DNA from: Ginglymostoma cirratum | Lineage: Eukaryota | DNA: 64,000 bases | Direction: 5' to 3' | Assembly: GCA_024137785.1 (NCBI GenBank) | Contig: JAHRHZ010000145.1 | Span: 3,080,517 to 3,144,516, forward strand | Shown here: one piece after another, positions 24,291 through 37,312 of the stretch | How positions within the stretch are numbered: position 1 is the first letter of the stretch | Layout of the letters: every line of letters starts with the position of its first letter | The notes under the pieces: generated by a model | The model's input: the letters and a program-made list of their open reading frames with translations, nothing else | The model's database searches: none | What the model was told of the DNA's origin: nothing | Position numbers and translations under genes: made by a program

Positions 24291-27200
24291 CACATATGCA
24301 TCTAAAATAACATCTCTATGGCGAAGTGCTCATGTACATCCAGAATAACATTGTCTCTACTCAACTATGGTAATAATGTATGTAAACATATTGAGTCTTT
24401 ATGTAAATGACATACTCATCGAATACTTGGTCTGGTCGGGATACATATATGTATATCTGTAAAATATTAAAAATTTTATGTATAGCACATATATCCTGCA
24501 AGACTCACAACTATTTAATGAGCTGCTGGTCCATAACATTATTTTAATATGTTGGCAAAAACACCTTCACTAAATTTAAAAAAAAATGCACCCCACACAA
24601 AATCACTTAAATAGGTAATGGGTATTTAGAACAATTTTCATAGAAATATAATTCAAAGACACATTTTTCCGTTTAGTGCAACTGAATATTCTTATATTTG
24701 GAACAATTAAAAGTTTCTATCTCCGTAGCCCTATGTAGCCACCAAGACCCAAAAACTCAGTTTCTATTTGAATTTGAACATCTTGCTTCCAGGTGTGTCC
24801 AGTTTAAACTTCACAAGTTTGGAACAAGGCTTGTTTTTAGTATTGTTGCATATTAATAGAAGAATGATCAGAACACCATGGTAACTAGTACTAGTATTCA
24901 CAGTCTCAGTCCATGAAATTAACACGGCCAAAAACCTGGACACTTTGTCTTAAAATGATATTAAGGCTTAAATACCCAAAATCTAAAATAATGAAAAAAT
25001 TCTTTTGAACAATCTAAGTTGCCAATGCACATTAAACAGCTGCTCTTTTTGTGTTGCTTTCTAATTGTTTTATCATTTTATACATTATGATGTGGAAACA
25101 ATATAACTAGAAAACTGAACTTGTCATTGGTCTATATTAACCTTTCCTCGCTAGTACTCAAATGACAGTATAAATTGCATATATCACAGTGATAAAATAG
25201 CTTCTATTTTTAATAGATTTTTCAGTGATCTGAAAAGAATTCTCAAAAATACATGATGAAAGTCATTATCAGAATATAAATTAGGATATACGAGGAATGT
25301 GTAGTTCAGACAGGTGATGCAGCAATGACTCATTGGTTGCCTGGAAACTACATGACAATTTGCACAGTTAACAGATGCTCACCTTTTCAGTGACATTGTT
25401 CCTACACAGCAATCATGATTCTAACAGTTTCTTGAATACTACATATTCATGACAAGAAATCATATCACAATACCAAAGCAATAGTAGTTTCAATTGATAT
25501 TCTGTGGTCTCCAAAACAAAACTCACTTCAAATATGTGTTAATACATTATAAGTAAGATATAAAGTAGAAGGGGACGGTTAGCATTTATTTCTGTTATAA
25601 AATTAATGGAGAAATGCAGCCAAGAGAGAAATGGGATAATACCCGTAAAGGGTAAACATTTTTCAAGATCTTACTTGTGATGAGGTCCATGATGAGTCAT
25701 GTGATGAGTCATCATAAGTAAAGACTGGACAATTGGCACTGGTCAAAACTTCCTGTGTATTGAAGGCAACAACTGAAAATGTGCAATAATAGTACCTGTA
25801 ATTTGCTAAACAGAATTTGTGATGGACCAGAGGCCTGTATTTGGAAAATCTATCCCACAATGTAGAAATATATTTTAAAACAACAGTGCCACAGTAGATC
25901 AATGATGTGTTTAAGTTGCTCCAGTAGTGTTTATTTAAAGTATTGTAATGCATTCATTAATTAGTACAGAATAAACAGCTTGACAGCAGATTTAAGATAG
26001 CATATACAGGAATTTCACTGAAATAGTTGGTTTGGTACTAGATAAAATTACCCTCCTCATTAGCACTATTCAATGAATACTTGATGGCCTTTGTACCATG
26101 AAAAATTTATCTTGATGAATCAATATATGTATATTCAAACAGTACAATTGTTCTGACCCGCTTTACTGACTGCAAAATAAAGATGCACCTTTAAACTATG
26201 CTAAAATCGCAGGATCATGTGCAAAATTTAAGTAATAAATAAAAATGATAGAATTCTAAAAGCTCATTCAAATTGCATGCCACTATTACGTAGTACCATT
26301 TACAACATTACAGAATGCCTGAATGGTTCCCAAAAAATATTTCTGCAAACAGCCAGATGCAAATAAGTTGAATCAAGCATAATATTGGGGGATTTTTTAA
26401 TGGAAATGTCATTTGAAAAGAGGAACTCTGACATTAAAAATTACTGAGCACTGTTTGACAGGTGCAAAGTCATCCAACGGTCTCATTACCACAGGTTGTA
26501 ACATGTAGAATAACAGTCCCATATGCATGTAGAGGGGTTGTTAATTCTCAAGGTACCCTTTCAAAATCCAGATTCCCAGTGCAATATATGTCCACATAAA
26601 ATACAGAAATTAGCAATACACATTGGGTCTATATTTTCTCAAAGGCTACTAGAAGGTGATCGGTAACTGACAGCTATCCCTTTTGAAGCTCAATAGAAAT
26701 AAAAAGCAGAGCCAGCAATTTGCATCACTCTGGCTTGCCAGCACTTGTATTCATGAAAGATCGACTGATAATATTTTCATGGCTGGAACTGAAAACACAT
26801 ACTCCTCTGCTACATCAACACCTGTGCTTCTGCTTATGTGCTCTACTCTCTTCAAACCATGCACCACTAACTAAAGTTATCTGAATTAGGGCTATGGTCA
26901 ACTTAACACTGTTTAACCTCAAACTTGCTACCCACACAGAACCCAGTAACCATGTAAATAAATGTATAATGAAAATACTAATTTTAGACATGAAATTAGC
27001 AACCTATAGCACTTTTTTTCCCCTCAAACTTTTATTTGTTTAGCCTTTCATTGAGTTGTTCTGCAAAGTTATGGAAGTATTCTGTGAAAGATTTTCATTA
27101 AATATGACAGCTACAAAGGTTTGCTAAGATTTTGACATATTATTCTTTGAATGTATAGCAGACATAAATGTGCAATATGCATTAACTAGTTTTTCCTCCT

Positions 27201-28539
27201 ACTGAACCACAATTCATTATATAAAATTTCAACGATTGAATCTCAAACTGTGTCAAAGTCAACAATATGTGAGCAACATTCCCTTTCATTTTATTTTACA
27301 AAGTGCATGTGTGATTTATTTAATGAAAGTGGCCCACTTATGCAGACCCTGTGCAGGGGCTTTCAGACTGCTGTGCAACATACAGGGAACTCTGCACTTT
27401 GGCTATAAATTAATTGTGTGCATTATCCTTAGGCCAAGGAAAAGCTTCAAATAAAATGCTTCAAATCAATTTCATAATGTCTACTGTACTTAAAGAAAGA
27501 AACCAATACTTGGGAATGTTTTAAAACTATAACCTCTACTTATGTTTAATGGTTTATGTTGTAACCTTAACTTGTCAATGAGGTAATCATTTCCCTGGCA
27601 TCAATCACTGACTAACAGAGAGGAAAAAACTTAAACTGAAAGATGACATATTGACTAAATCAGCTTGTTATGCTACAGAGGAAGGCAATGAACTGGACAG
27701 TTTATAAATTAATATATCATCTATAATTGACTCTATCATCATTGAAATTAGGAATGGTTACCTTGGGTATAGATGGGGGAGTGGCATGAAATTAAGTCAG
27801 CACTCCCATTTTTAATTGCTTTCCAGTATCTGATATTGTAAATTAAGGTGCGTGCTATGGACAAGATTGGTCCTGGTTGTGGTGATTTGTTTATTTTCCT
27901 CCCCTCTTTCCAGACAAACAGCACAGCAGTAATCACTGATCAGGTTTATACAAGCAAGCACTTGATCAATTACACCTAAAATTCCATCCCAGCGTGAACG
28001 TTAATCTTTGGGAAAGCAGAAAAGGACACAAAGTAGTAAAATGTGAATGAAAACTATCATATTTCATTTCCCGAATAATCGAAAAAAATCAAAAGATGGC
28101 AGTAAATTTTACACTCAAGGGCTGAACTGTAATGTTCTTCAAGTACCTCAGTGCTCTTCTGTACTATTTATTTAGCAGGTGGTTTCAGCATGTTTGTTTC
28201 ACCATACCAAAATTAAATCAAATATTTGAATGGATTTACTACTGCAAATTTTGCATTTCTGGAACTCAAATTTGGTGCAGCATGAAGGAGAAATTAGCTT
28301 CATATATGTCATTGTAAATGTACTCAGATAGTGGGTTGGAAGGAAAGTAAGGAGAGTAAGGTCGTGTGATCTCTTCAGTTAAGAGATTGCACTCATACTT
28401 AGTGAATAAATTCAGGGTATCACCAAGCCATAGAAACTACACACTCCCAGACTGAATCCATTTTGGTTAGGTAGTCAGACAGGACTGAAGTGAAATTTGT
28501 AAAAAACACGTACCAGTGAATGATCATCTCCAACTGTAT

Positions 28540-28850
28540 AGAATTTACCCACCTGTTCTTGACCCACCTGTACTGACATCACTGAATTACCCACTATTAA
28601 TGTCCTGGGCAACCAAATGAATACTGTGAGTACATGAGTAGGTCAGAGGCTCAGAATTCTTTGGCAGGAAACTAACTTGTTGATTCTTCGAACCTCTCTG
28701 TCACATTCAGGGCACAAGTCAGTAGTATGATGAATGCTCTTTGCTTGCCTGAATGACTGCAACTCCAACAACACTTCAAGAAGCTTGAAATCATAAAGGA
28801 TAAAGCATCCTGTTTGATTGGCACTCCAACCATTGATTTATAGATATTTT
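28540..28850 (+). mobile_element. LINE 3' fragment (same family as 45655-46048)
   Basis: GCACAAGTCAG..GAATGCTCT..GCCTGAATG..GCAACTCCAACAACACT..CCTGTTTGATTGGCAC. The last motif recurs at 45658. Confidence 0.55.
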
Positions 28851-29059
28851 AAAGCAACCTGTTCGGACATGTTATAACACACCTTTGGAGCAGATGGAAT
28901 TTGAACCCAAGCATGGTCAAATGGAGTCAAAGCAATACATAATTGTCACCTTTGATCATGATCACAATATTTCTCTTGCAGCTGCAGCAGCGAAAAGATC
29001 ATGTCAACAGCAGATCTTCTAGCTCTGAAACCACTTTTTGGGGTAGATGTATTCAGCAG

Positions 29060-29470
29060 GGAAATCTTGTGTCTTGAGGTGCAGTGGTAGCATTCCCTGC
29101 TGCTAAGATAGAGGCTCCAGGTTTGAGTCTCACTCCTAGACTAGGTGACCAAGGAAGATGCATTCATAATGTAATCAAACACGTAGAGTATCAACCTGCA
29201 ATTCCTTTCAAGAGCCTATGGAAAACAACAAGAGCAGGAGAGACTCCTGGTCAGCCAGGGTTGCTGTGGAGTGGTGTCCCTTCAAACCATAGTCTCTACC
29301 TTCTGGCAAGCAACCTGTTCCAGGAGGAACAATCTATGGAAATTAGACCCAAACATGTTCTTGTCAGCTACATGCATCTTGGGTGCAGGGAATCTTCAAC
29401 ATCTATGTCCAACTTAGTATGGGAGATGCTCTGTTAGCTGCGGTAATCACTACAGTCACCTTGCTCTTGT
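29060..29470 (+). mobile_element. Long SINE with family-B-like tRNA head
   Basis: TCTTGAGGTGCAGTGGTAGCATTCCCTGC..GGCTCCAGGTTTGAGTC head followed by ~300 bp of extra body. Confidence 0.5.
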
Positions 29471-29577
29471 AAAGGGTTACAAACTTTGCACAATGCATAC
29501 TCTAAGCAGAGTATCCTGTAGCAGTGCCCGCTCCCTCCATGCACATGTACTTGATGAGTTCAAGCATGAATCCCATT

Positions 29578-29833
29578 CATAGAATCCCGACAGTGCACAC
29601 TGACAAGTCAGCACTGACCCTCCAAACAGCATCTCACCCAGACCTAGCACCCTCCTTCCCCCCATCCCCGTTACCCCATGTTAACTATGTTTAATCCACC
29701 TAGCCTGCACATCCTTGGATACTGCGGGGCAAGTTAGCATTGCCAATCCACCTAATCTGCATATCTTTGGCTTATGGGAGGAAACCGGAGCACTTGACAG
29801 AAACCCATAGAGACACAGGGAGAACACAAACTC
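29578..29833 (-). mobile_element. HE1/V-SINE-type SINE, 5' truncated
   Basis: CATAGAATCCC tail, CCAATCCACCTAA, GGGAGGAAACCGGAGCAC..GAAACCCA V-domain motif. Confidence 0.8.
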
Positions 29834-29834
29834 T

Positions 29835-30293
29835 ATTTAAGCAGTACCTATTTTTTGTTGTTAATATGGTTCCGGTTATCAAATTTCAGATGGAAAACCA
29901 TTTCGGTGATTGAAAATAAACCAGAGAACTGCGGATAGTGGAAATCAGAAACAAAATCAGAATTGCTGGATAAACTCAGCAGGTCTGAATTCAAAAACAA
30001 TATGGTTTTCCATCTAAAATTGACAACAAATTGTGTCAAAAAGATTTCAAATTAAATAGAATTCAATAACAGTACTTTAATTAGTTCCGTAGACGGGTCT
30101 ATGGAAACATTAGCCCTGCTTCCTCTCCACAGATGCTGCCAAACTTGCTGAGTTTATCCAGCAATTTCTGATTTTGTTTCTGATTTCCACTATCCGCAGT
30201 TCTTTGACTTTTCTTCAATAACCAATATGGTTTTCCATCTGAAATTTGATAACTAGAATCATATTAACAATAAAAATTTGGTAATACTTAAAT
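29835..30293. repeat. ~150-bp inverted repeat made of a Penelope-derived arm plus duplicated flanking DNA
   Basis: 29835-29987 is the reverse complement of 30140-30293 (roughly 85% by eye), with a ~150-bp spacer. Confidence 0.9.
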
Positions 30294-31246
30294 GCTCAAG
30301 TAGCATAGACTACTCATCACTATTACTACTACATTATGACAGCATGTTTTTGGACAGTAAAAGACAGTTTCTCCATTTAGTCCATCTATACACCATATTT
30401 TCCAGGCATATTCCTATTACCGTTCACTGACAACAGCTTATTTAGTTACTCCCACCACTTGTCCACATTCTTGATTAAAAAAAAGTTCGGGTTTCATTTT
30501 TTGTCTCCTTTTATACTACTTAGCTGTAAATACGACCATTTGAGCTTAAATTGAATAAATGAAGTGAAAGCTTACTTTTATCCAATGTGTCCAAATGCTT
30601 TAACATTTTAAATGCCGCTGCATTTGACTGTATTGCCTCTCAGTTTCCTCTCTTCAAGACAGAATAAACCAGGGTCGTCAATCTTCTCTCATTTAGCATT
30701 CATTTAAATTGTCAGATTACCTGTGTAACCTTCCACATAACCCTTTCAAAAACTGAATATCCTTATTAGAATAAGGACACATGGCAGAAACCCATACAGA
30801 TATGGGGAGAATGTGCAAACTCCACGTAGATAGTGAGCCAAGATAACTGTATAAGGATATAATCACATCAGCTTCAGACACAGTCTAAAAGTGACCATTC
30901 TGGATTTGATACATTAGGCCCTTTGCCATGCATCCTAATATTCTGTTTGCTTTATAATTAAAATATTAGTTACAAGGTTTTGTAGAAGTTGTCTTTTCTA
31001 TAAATGTGTTTTAAATTTATCATTCTCACTGGATTTTTATGCGGTAGAAGGAGCAAAAGTAAAGACATTCCCCATTCTGAGCTATTTCATTTTCCAATGT
31101 AACTACAATTCTCCTTTCAACAACAATAAAAACAAACATAATAAGTGCAGTTAAAAAATATATCTAGTAAGTGCATCATAACATCTTTTCCATATAAGCA
31201 ATTGGTCTCAAGCTACCTGTGCACAAGAGTCCAATCTTCCTTTCTA

Positions 31247-31360
31247 GATATTATTCGAATCAACCTGTTCAGAGATCTTACTTCACACGCCTGAAATAGG
31301 TGGGCTTGAACCTGGGCCTTCTGACTTAGAGGTAGGGACATTACCAGCGCACAAGAGTCC
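31247..31360 (-). mobile_element. Family-B SINE between 26-bp direct repeats
   Basis: AATCAACCTGTTCAGAGAT..GGGCTTGAACCTGGG..GTAGGGACATTACCA. GCACAAGAGTCCAATC(T/G)TCCTTTCTA at 31221-31246 and 31349-31374. Confidence 0.75.
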
Positions 31361-31515
31361 AATCGTCCTTTCTACATTAAATCTAAGATCCTGGCAGTAG
31401 TAGTTATTAATTTATTATTAATGGTAGAGGTTAGACTACTAGAGTTCTTAATAAGAGGCACTTGGCTTACACAACAAGCTTTTGTTTATTTCATATGTAA
31501 AATTAACATTAACTA

Positions 31516-31646
31516 AAAACCAAAAGAACTGCGGATGATGTAAATCAGGAACAAAAACAAAGTTACCGGAAAAGCTCAGCAGGTCAGGCAGCATCTGTGG
31601 AGGAGAAAACACAGTTAATGCTTCGGGTCCAGTGACCCTTCCTCAG
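31516..31646 (-). mobile_element. Short Penelope-derived element, hammerhead-like motif
   Basis: Minus strand reads CTGAGGA-AGGGTCACTGGACCC-GAAGCATT. TSD AACATTAACTA at 31505-31515 and 31647-31657. Confidence 0.75.
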
Positions 31647-32564
31647 AACATTAACTAGTTAACATTAACTAGCTGGGTACAACTACAACAATCTGAAGCT
31701 GGGTATGTCATGTCTGGCTCCATTAGATTGGGACAAACTCAATACAAGTTAACATCAACTCTTGCAGAGCCATTACTTTATAAACATGTATTTACAACAG
31801 AATTAAACTAGGAATACTTCAGAGAATCTAATTTTGCCTTGATTATTGCTGCAAGATACAAGATTTCTGAGACAGTGCCAAAAATGCACACTACAGCTTA
31901 ATCGTGGATATGTCCAGGAAATTAAAGGAACATTTAGGCATTTTTATTTTCTTAGCAACCATCAAAGGGTTTCAATGAAAGCTCAGATAAAATCTCTTTA
32001 TTTGATATTGCCAATATGTCATTAAAGTCCTGAATATGTTGCAATTTTAGCATGACATAGCACATATTCATACACTTCGCTGTGGATATTTTAACAGAAA
32101 GATGAGTCCATTTGTTTTAACAACACTCATGAAGATGAGATTAATGTTGTCCGAGCTGGTTTCATCACTTAGACAAAAGCAGAATTATCCTCCAGCTGAA
32201 ACTGAAGAGTATCTCTCACTTGCGCACCTACGGCTATTTAAGCAAGCACTAACAGAGGAACAAACATTTTAGGAAAGGAAATGTGATGCTACTTAGAAAG
32301 CATGGGCCAATGCACAGAGTGACTGGGAAACATGTAAGGGAAGGTAGCAGTAATCACTGTTGATGAGAAGCAAAGAGAAGTGGTCCAACATGCTGGACTC
32401 TCTGACAGAATTTTTTGGGATATGCCGGTAACAACCTGCCTGCCTTGAAAACTGAGCTTGAATCAACATACAACACAGGATTATTTTCCACCTTATCCAC
32501 AACAGCAAAAAGTAGTTTAGCATGTGGGGAGTCCAAATCTGTTCTACCACCTTCCACAAATGAT

Positions 32565-32748
32565 AAAACAAAGAACTATGAAGATCTGAAACAAAAACAG
32601 AAATGGCTGGTACAGTCAGCAGGTGTGGCAGCATCCGTGGGGTGAAAGCAGAGCTAACACTTCGAGTCTGGTGAAGAGTTGTGAACTCTGCTTTCTCTCC
32701 ACAGATGCTGGCAAACCTGCTCAGTTTCACCAGCAATTTCTGTTTTTG
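32565..32748. mobile_element. Short palindromic Penelope-derived element
   Basis: Inverted arms ~32590-32655 and ~32685-32750. Perfect 13-bp TSD TTCCACAAATGAT at 32552-32564 and 32749-32761. Confidence 0.8.
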
Positions 32749-33239
32749 TTCCACAAATGATGTCATTAGCAGCAGTCTTCTGTATTGAATCTATCATTTA
32801 GCAGACAACAATACCAATGGTATCTACAATAAATATCACAAATATGCAATGCTATCAAGAGTTATGAAAACTTCCATGAATGCTCTCACAGGTATGAATG
32901 AAACTCTAGAAACTAAACTTTAAGATACACACAAAATCTCCTTTAACTTTCTTAGATGCCACCCGGAAGGATTCTGAGAATGAGAGGCATGCGCTTTTTT
33001 TTGGCCAGTTAAATCAATGGGCATCATGAAAAAATGCACTCAAGTGATGCCAACACAACTCACATCTGTTGTGACAGTGTTCTGAAATACTGCTAATTGT
33101 CAAATACGTTAATGCCAGTTATGAACTAGAATAAAGTATTCACTCGAACTCCTTCATGCCTTTTCCACTCTATATTACCACCTTTTGAAAGCTGTGTATT
33201 CTTCATAAGGTCGTCGATCCTGTAATGTAAGAAGTACTG

Positions 33240-33545
33240 CAGCTATTTTGTGTGTAGCAAGTTCCCAAAAACAAAAGTGTAATAATCATTGGTAGAAGTT
33301 GATTGAAAGATAAACACTGGGTCAGGATTCTAGGGAGAATGTCTTTGCTCTTTGTCAAACAGCGGAATGATAACTCCTGCGTTCACCTGAGGGGCCACAC
33401 AGGACCATGTTTCAATGTCTCATACAAGAGTGCAGCATTCTTTCACTACTTTACTCAAATGTCATGCCAGGTTTTGTGTTCATGTCTTTGGGGTGAGTGT
33501 GAACCCATTACATTCTGAAGCAGAGTTAATAAAATTAGCGACTGA
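33240..33545 (-). mobile_element. Deu-domain-type SINE (SacSINE1-like)
   Basis: TTGAAAGATAAACACTGG..GGGAGAA..CACCTGAG..GTTTCAATGTCTCAT..GTGAACCCATTACATTCTGA..ACTGAGC. Confidence 0.55.
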
Positions 33546-34351
33546 GCAATGAAGATACCATACTTTGTCTGCCTTCCTACTGTGCTCTAAACAAGTTCAA
33601 AGCAAACTTCAGAAAACGCATGCTAGTCCAAGGAATATTACCAACTTCAGAGTTCAACTCTCGAACTCTATTTCTCTACAAGAATTGTAATTTATGAAAA
33701 CTTATATTTAATTCTCCTTCACAAATTTAATCCATGGCCTTGACCTGTTTTCTTCTCTCCTTCATTTGCATCTGTCCTACAAAGGGACTCCCTTGTCTTC
33801 CTTTTTTAGTCTGATAAAGGGACTCTATGCGGCACAATGAACTTGATTATATACATCATTATTACGATTCAGAAGTTCCAGCAAATTATGGTGTGAGCGT
33901 CTTGTGCTATTATGTAGGCCAAGACACAATTTCCTGGGAATTTTTCTCAAAGATCTTCAGAGGAAATGCTCAACAGCTAAACTCAAAGTCCAATCAATAA
34001 AGGATTTTTAATTTACTATAAAAATAAATTTAAACTGAGTGATTAATTCTCCACAATACTTCCAAAAATATTTTCACAAAATTCTTATTTTATTTCATCA
34101 AGAAAGAATTATGCAAAAGGTATGATTTTTTCACATAAACAATCCAAATGTTTATATGCTGATTTTGCACTTGCACCCATTCAAAAGATTGATGCTACAA
34201 TACTTCAATTACTACTGTAGAAAAAAATTGCAAAACAGCTTCTGTGAAATAATGTACGTGTAACATTAACAGATAAGATCAAGCACAAAATGTTCAGTTT
34301 GACAAAAGGAAACAAACAAATCTTTCTGGCATTTTCTATTTGAGTTTTTTT

Positions 34352-34702
34352 GTTCATTCAAAGGATGTGGGCATCACTGGCCAGTCCAGCACTTACTACC
34401 CATCCCTAATTGCCAAGAGGGCAGTTTAGTGCTATCCACATTGTTAGGGGTCTGGAGTCACATGTAGGCCAGAGCAGGTAAGGACAGCAATTTCCTTCCC
34501 TAAAACATATTAGTGAACTAGATGGGTTTTTCCCCAACACTTGACAATGGTTTCATGGTCATCATTAGACTCCTAATTCCAGATAATTATTGAATTCAAA
34601 TTCCACCATCTGCCAAGGCAGGATTCAAACCCAGCTCCCCAGAATATTAGTAGGTCTCTGGATTACTAGTCTAGCAATGATACCACTAGGCCATCACCTC
34701 CC
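34352..34702 (-). mobile_element. Full-length family-C tRNA SINE (~350 bp)
   Basis: Minus strand starts GGGAGGTGATGGCCTAGTGG, has B box GGTTTGAATCC and ends ..GATGCCCACATCCTTTGAATGAA. Confidence 0.8.
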
Positions 34703-35299
34703 ATGAGACAAATGTACAGAAAATACATTTCCATCTCTAGCAAAATAAATCTAACACGTTAAAACATTATGAAAACTTTCATTGACCAAACTTGTGCCAA
34801 AGATTTAATGTAGGCCAGATCTAAATGAAAGTATTCTGTGGCAATTCCGAATTTTTGGCATTTTACAAGAATGAGCATACATTGCCAAATCAGGGTTTGA
34901 TAGCCTGGCACCACTTTTATCCATTTGGAATGCAGCTCACAATTGTGAAAAAAAAAACCTCCATAGTCTATTATTTTAATTCCTTTCAAGAACAGAGAAG
35001 TTCATGCTCCTATTGCAAAACAGTGGCCAAGTCTGACATAAAATCTCACTTAGTTAAGTTGGTATTGACTAGCTACCCTTTTACATCTCTCATGTTGTGA
35101 GTACAGTTTTTTGTTCAATCGAGGTGAAAATGAGATGTTGTGAATTTCATCAAATTCTGAGCATGAAGAAATACTAGGGGTATTAGTTTCCACTGTTGCT
35201 TTAGAATTCCATAATTTCTGTTCTATGGTAGAAATCTTTTTCAATGTCATTAAGTGTTTTTAAAATTGTCATTCAGTGGTACAGAACTTGAGCATTACT

Positions 35300-35830
35300 T
35301 AAAAGAAACATTTTGTTGAAGCATTTTGTCTTGCAATCTTCAGGATGCACATCAAACCTGGCATTCTTAAATCCATGCAAAGGCAACAACATTTTACACT
35401 GTATTAGAAAATAGCGCTGATTGGTTGATGCGTGAACTCTTGATTTCTAGATGCATTTTACCATCTAGAATGTCCAGTTATACAATGACTGACAGTTCAC
35501 TGCCAAACTTTATTAAAATTTAAACTAGACAGGTTGACTTGCTTAGCAGTCAAGGCAGTGCCCTGTTAAATTGCAACCGCTGTAATGTGCCTGTATGTTC
35601 TTCTGTCTACAAAAAACAGGATGCTTTGTAAAAATGCATGTAGCTTCCAGTTCGTGAAACTGCATCACACTGAGAGTCCAATCGACAATCATAACTTGGT
35701 AGTTTCTATAATCCATAGCATGATCAGGATTATTGTAAAAAATGCTGCTCAATTGTGGTGTCACACCTAATTTTGGGCAAAATTCTGCAAACACAGGCTG
35801 TTTGGGTATAGTCAGCACTTTCACAACTGA
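35300..35830 (-). mobile_element. Inverted copy of Penelope-like element 3' end (GIY-YIG C-terminus plus 3' UTR)
   Basis: ORF 35543-35824 contains NNPD..LEATCI..PVFCRQK. 35400-35525 is the reverse complement of 43595-43725. Confidence 0.7.
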
Positions 35831-36239
35831 AAACAGCTAAAGGAACATGTTCTCTGATATGATACCTAGCATCATAATAGCACTGAAAGTTATTTCCCAC
35901 AATACTCATTTACGTGATAAATAGACATATATTCTTTTGCATTGACAGCTGTACCCCGTTAGTGGTGAAGCCCATTTATGTCACTACTGCTTTGTAGCAG
36001 CATGAGTTGGCTAGCTTTATGTGTTGTCAAACCACTGAGACAGTTTACATAACAGGGTAAACCGAAGTGAGTGAAGACTTTTCAGGAATGAACGTTGCGC
36101 CTTAGGTCCCTTCATTGGTTTGTGATATATAGTGAGAAACAATCTGATCAGGGACATTTTGCAGGATGACTTTATTGTGCCCTATTTTAGAATTAAGCCT
36201 GCACAGTGAGCACCTTATTTACGAGGTTTCTGTTAATGC

Positions 36240-37312
36240 CAATTTTATAGCAATTGGAACAAGTTTTCCAAATACACAGTGAGGAAGTCCTTCAGATTTG
36301 TGAGGTCCATGCAGGATTTGTGTATTGATAACAATGCCATATCCATGTATTCATTTGATACTAATAGCCTATTCATCAATGTACCAACAAGAAGGTACAA
36401 ATCAAGAGAAGACGACCACATTTGGCACCTTCAGCCTTCTTTGCATAGCCACAGACGTTTGCATTGCAGCACTATGTTATGATGATCTAAATCTGCCATC
36501 ATTGTGTGAATTAGTACGCATTGAACACACCAACTCTGGCAGTCATAGAGCTGAGTTCGGTTCTAACTACACCATGTTTGCTTAAATAGTTGGGGTGACT
36601 ATGCAATCCACCCTAGACTCAACTTTCTGAAGCATTTTGCTGCATTGCATTTGTCTTCAATGGAATGAATCCGAACCTCCTACACATTCAATATTTGCAA
36701 CGTGCAGATGTATGTTTGCTACATTTGAATCCACAGCTGCATATAAGAATTTCATCCCACGTCTTTATGGGTCCAGTCTGAAATCCCCTTTGGAATGAAG
36801 CATTCAAATTAGCTGTCTTTCCTTGATGTGCTAACGGAGAGAAATACCAGACAATTCTCCACTAATGTCTACCACAAGCAAAGTATGCAATCAGATTCTT
36901 ACAGCTCCACGTGCTATAAGATTATCCTTAAGAGCAACTTGATGTTGGGCCCAAGCCATTTGTTCAATGTGCAAACTTGATGCTGAAATTGGACATATCA
37001 AAGCTATTCTGCAGAATAATGGCTACTCCTATCAGATGATTTCTTGTTGTACGTCACACAAACTCATGAACACGCTCATGGCTGCCACTTTCAGTCTTGA
37101 AAAATACTCAATCTATCTTAAATTACATGGCAAGAGTGAGGTATCTCAAAAAATTGAGCAACAGGTAAAACTAGCTGTTACAAGTTGCTACTATACAATA
37201 GCAACATGAGTGGTTCTTGCCACGAATAGGATGCTGTTGTCAAGGCAATCACAGAAATAAGTAATGTGGTATATGAATTACAGCGCTAATATGATGCTAG
37301 ATATCTATGCAG
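36240..37312 (+). mobile_element. Penelope-like element RT to start of GIY-YIG, part 1
   Basis: SMYSFDTNSLFINVP, GVTMQS, LSFLDVL, VYHK, ILQNNGY and NVVYE..DARY motifs, with stops and frameshifts. Confidence 0.75.

Noticed and set aside
32180-32560. MADF-like protein remnant (KAW...KEKWSNMLDS on plus; VENNPVLY on minus)
   Set aside because: Suggestive words appear on both strands with stops and no consistent frame. This cannot be supported without an HMM search.
32293-32766. 157-aa minus-strand ORF
   Set aside because: It runs through a palindromic repeat insertion and shows no recognisable domain, so it is a chance ORF like most of the short ORFs in the track.
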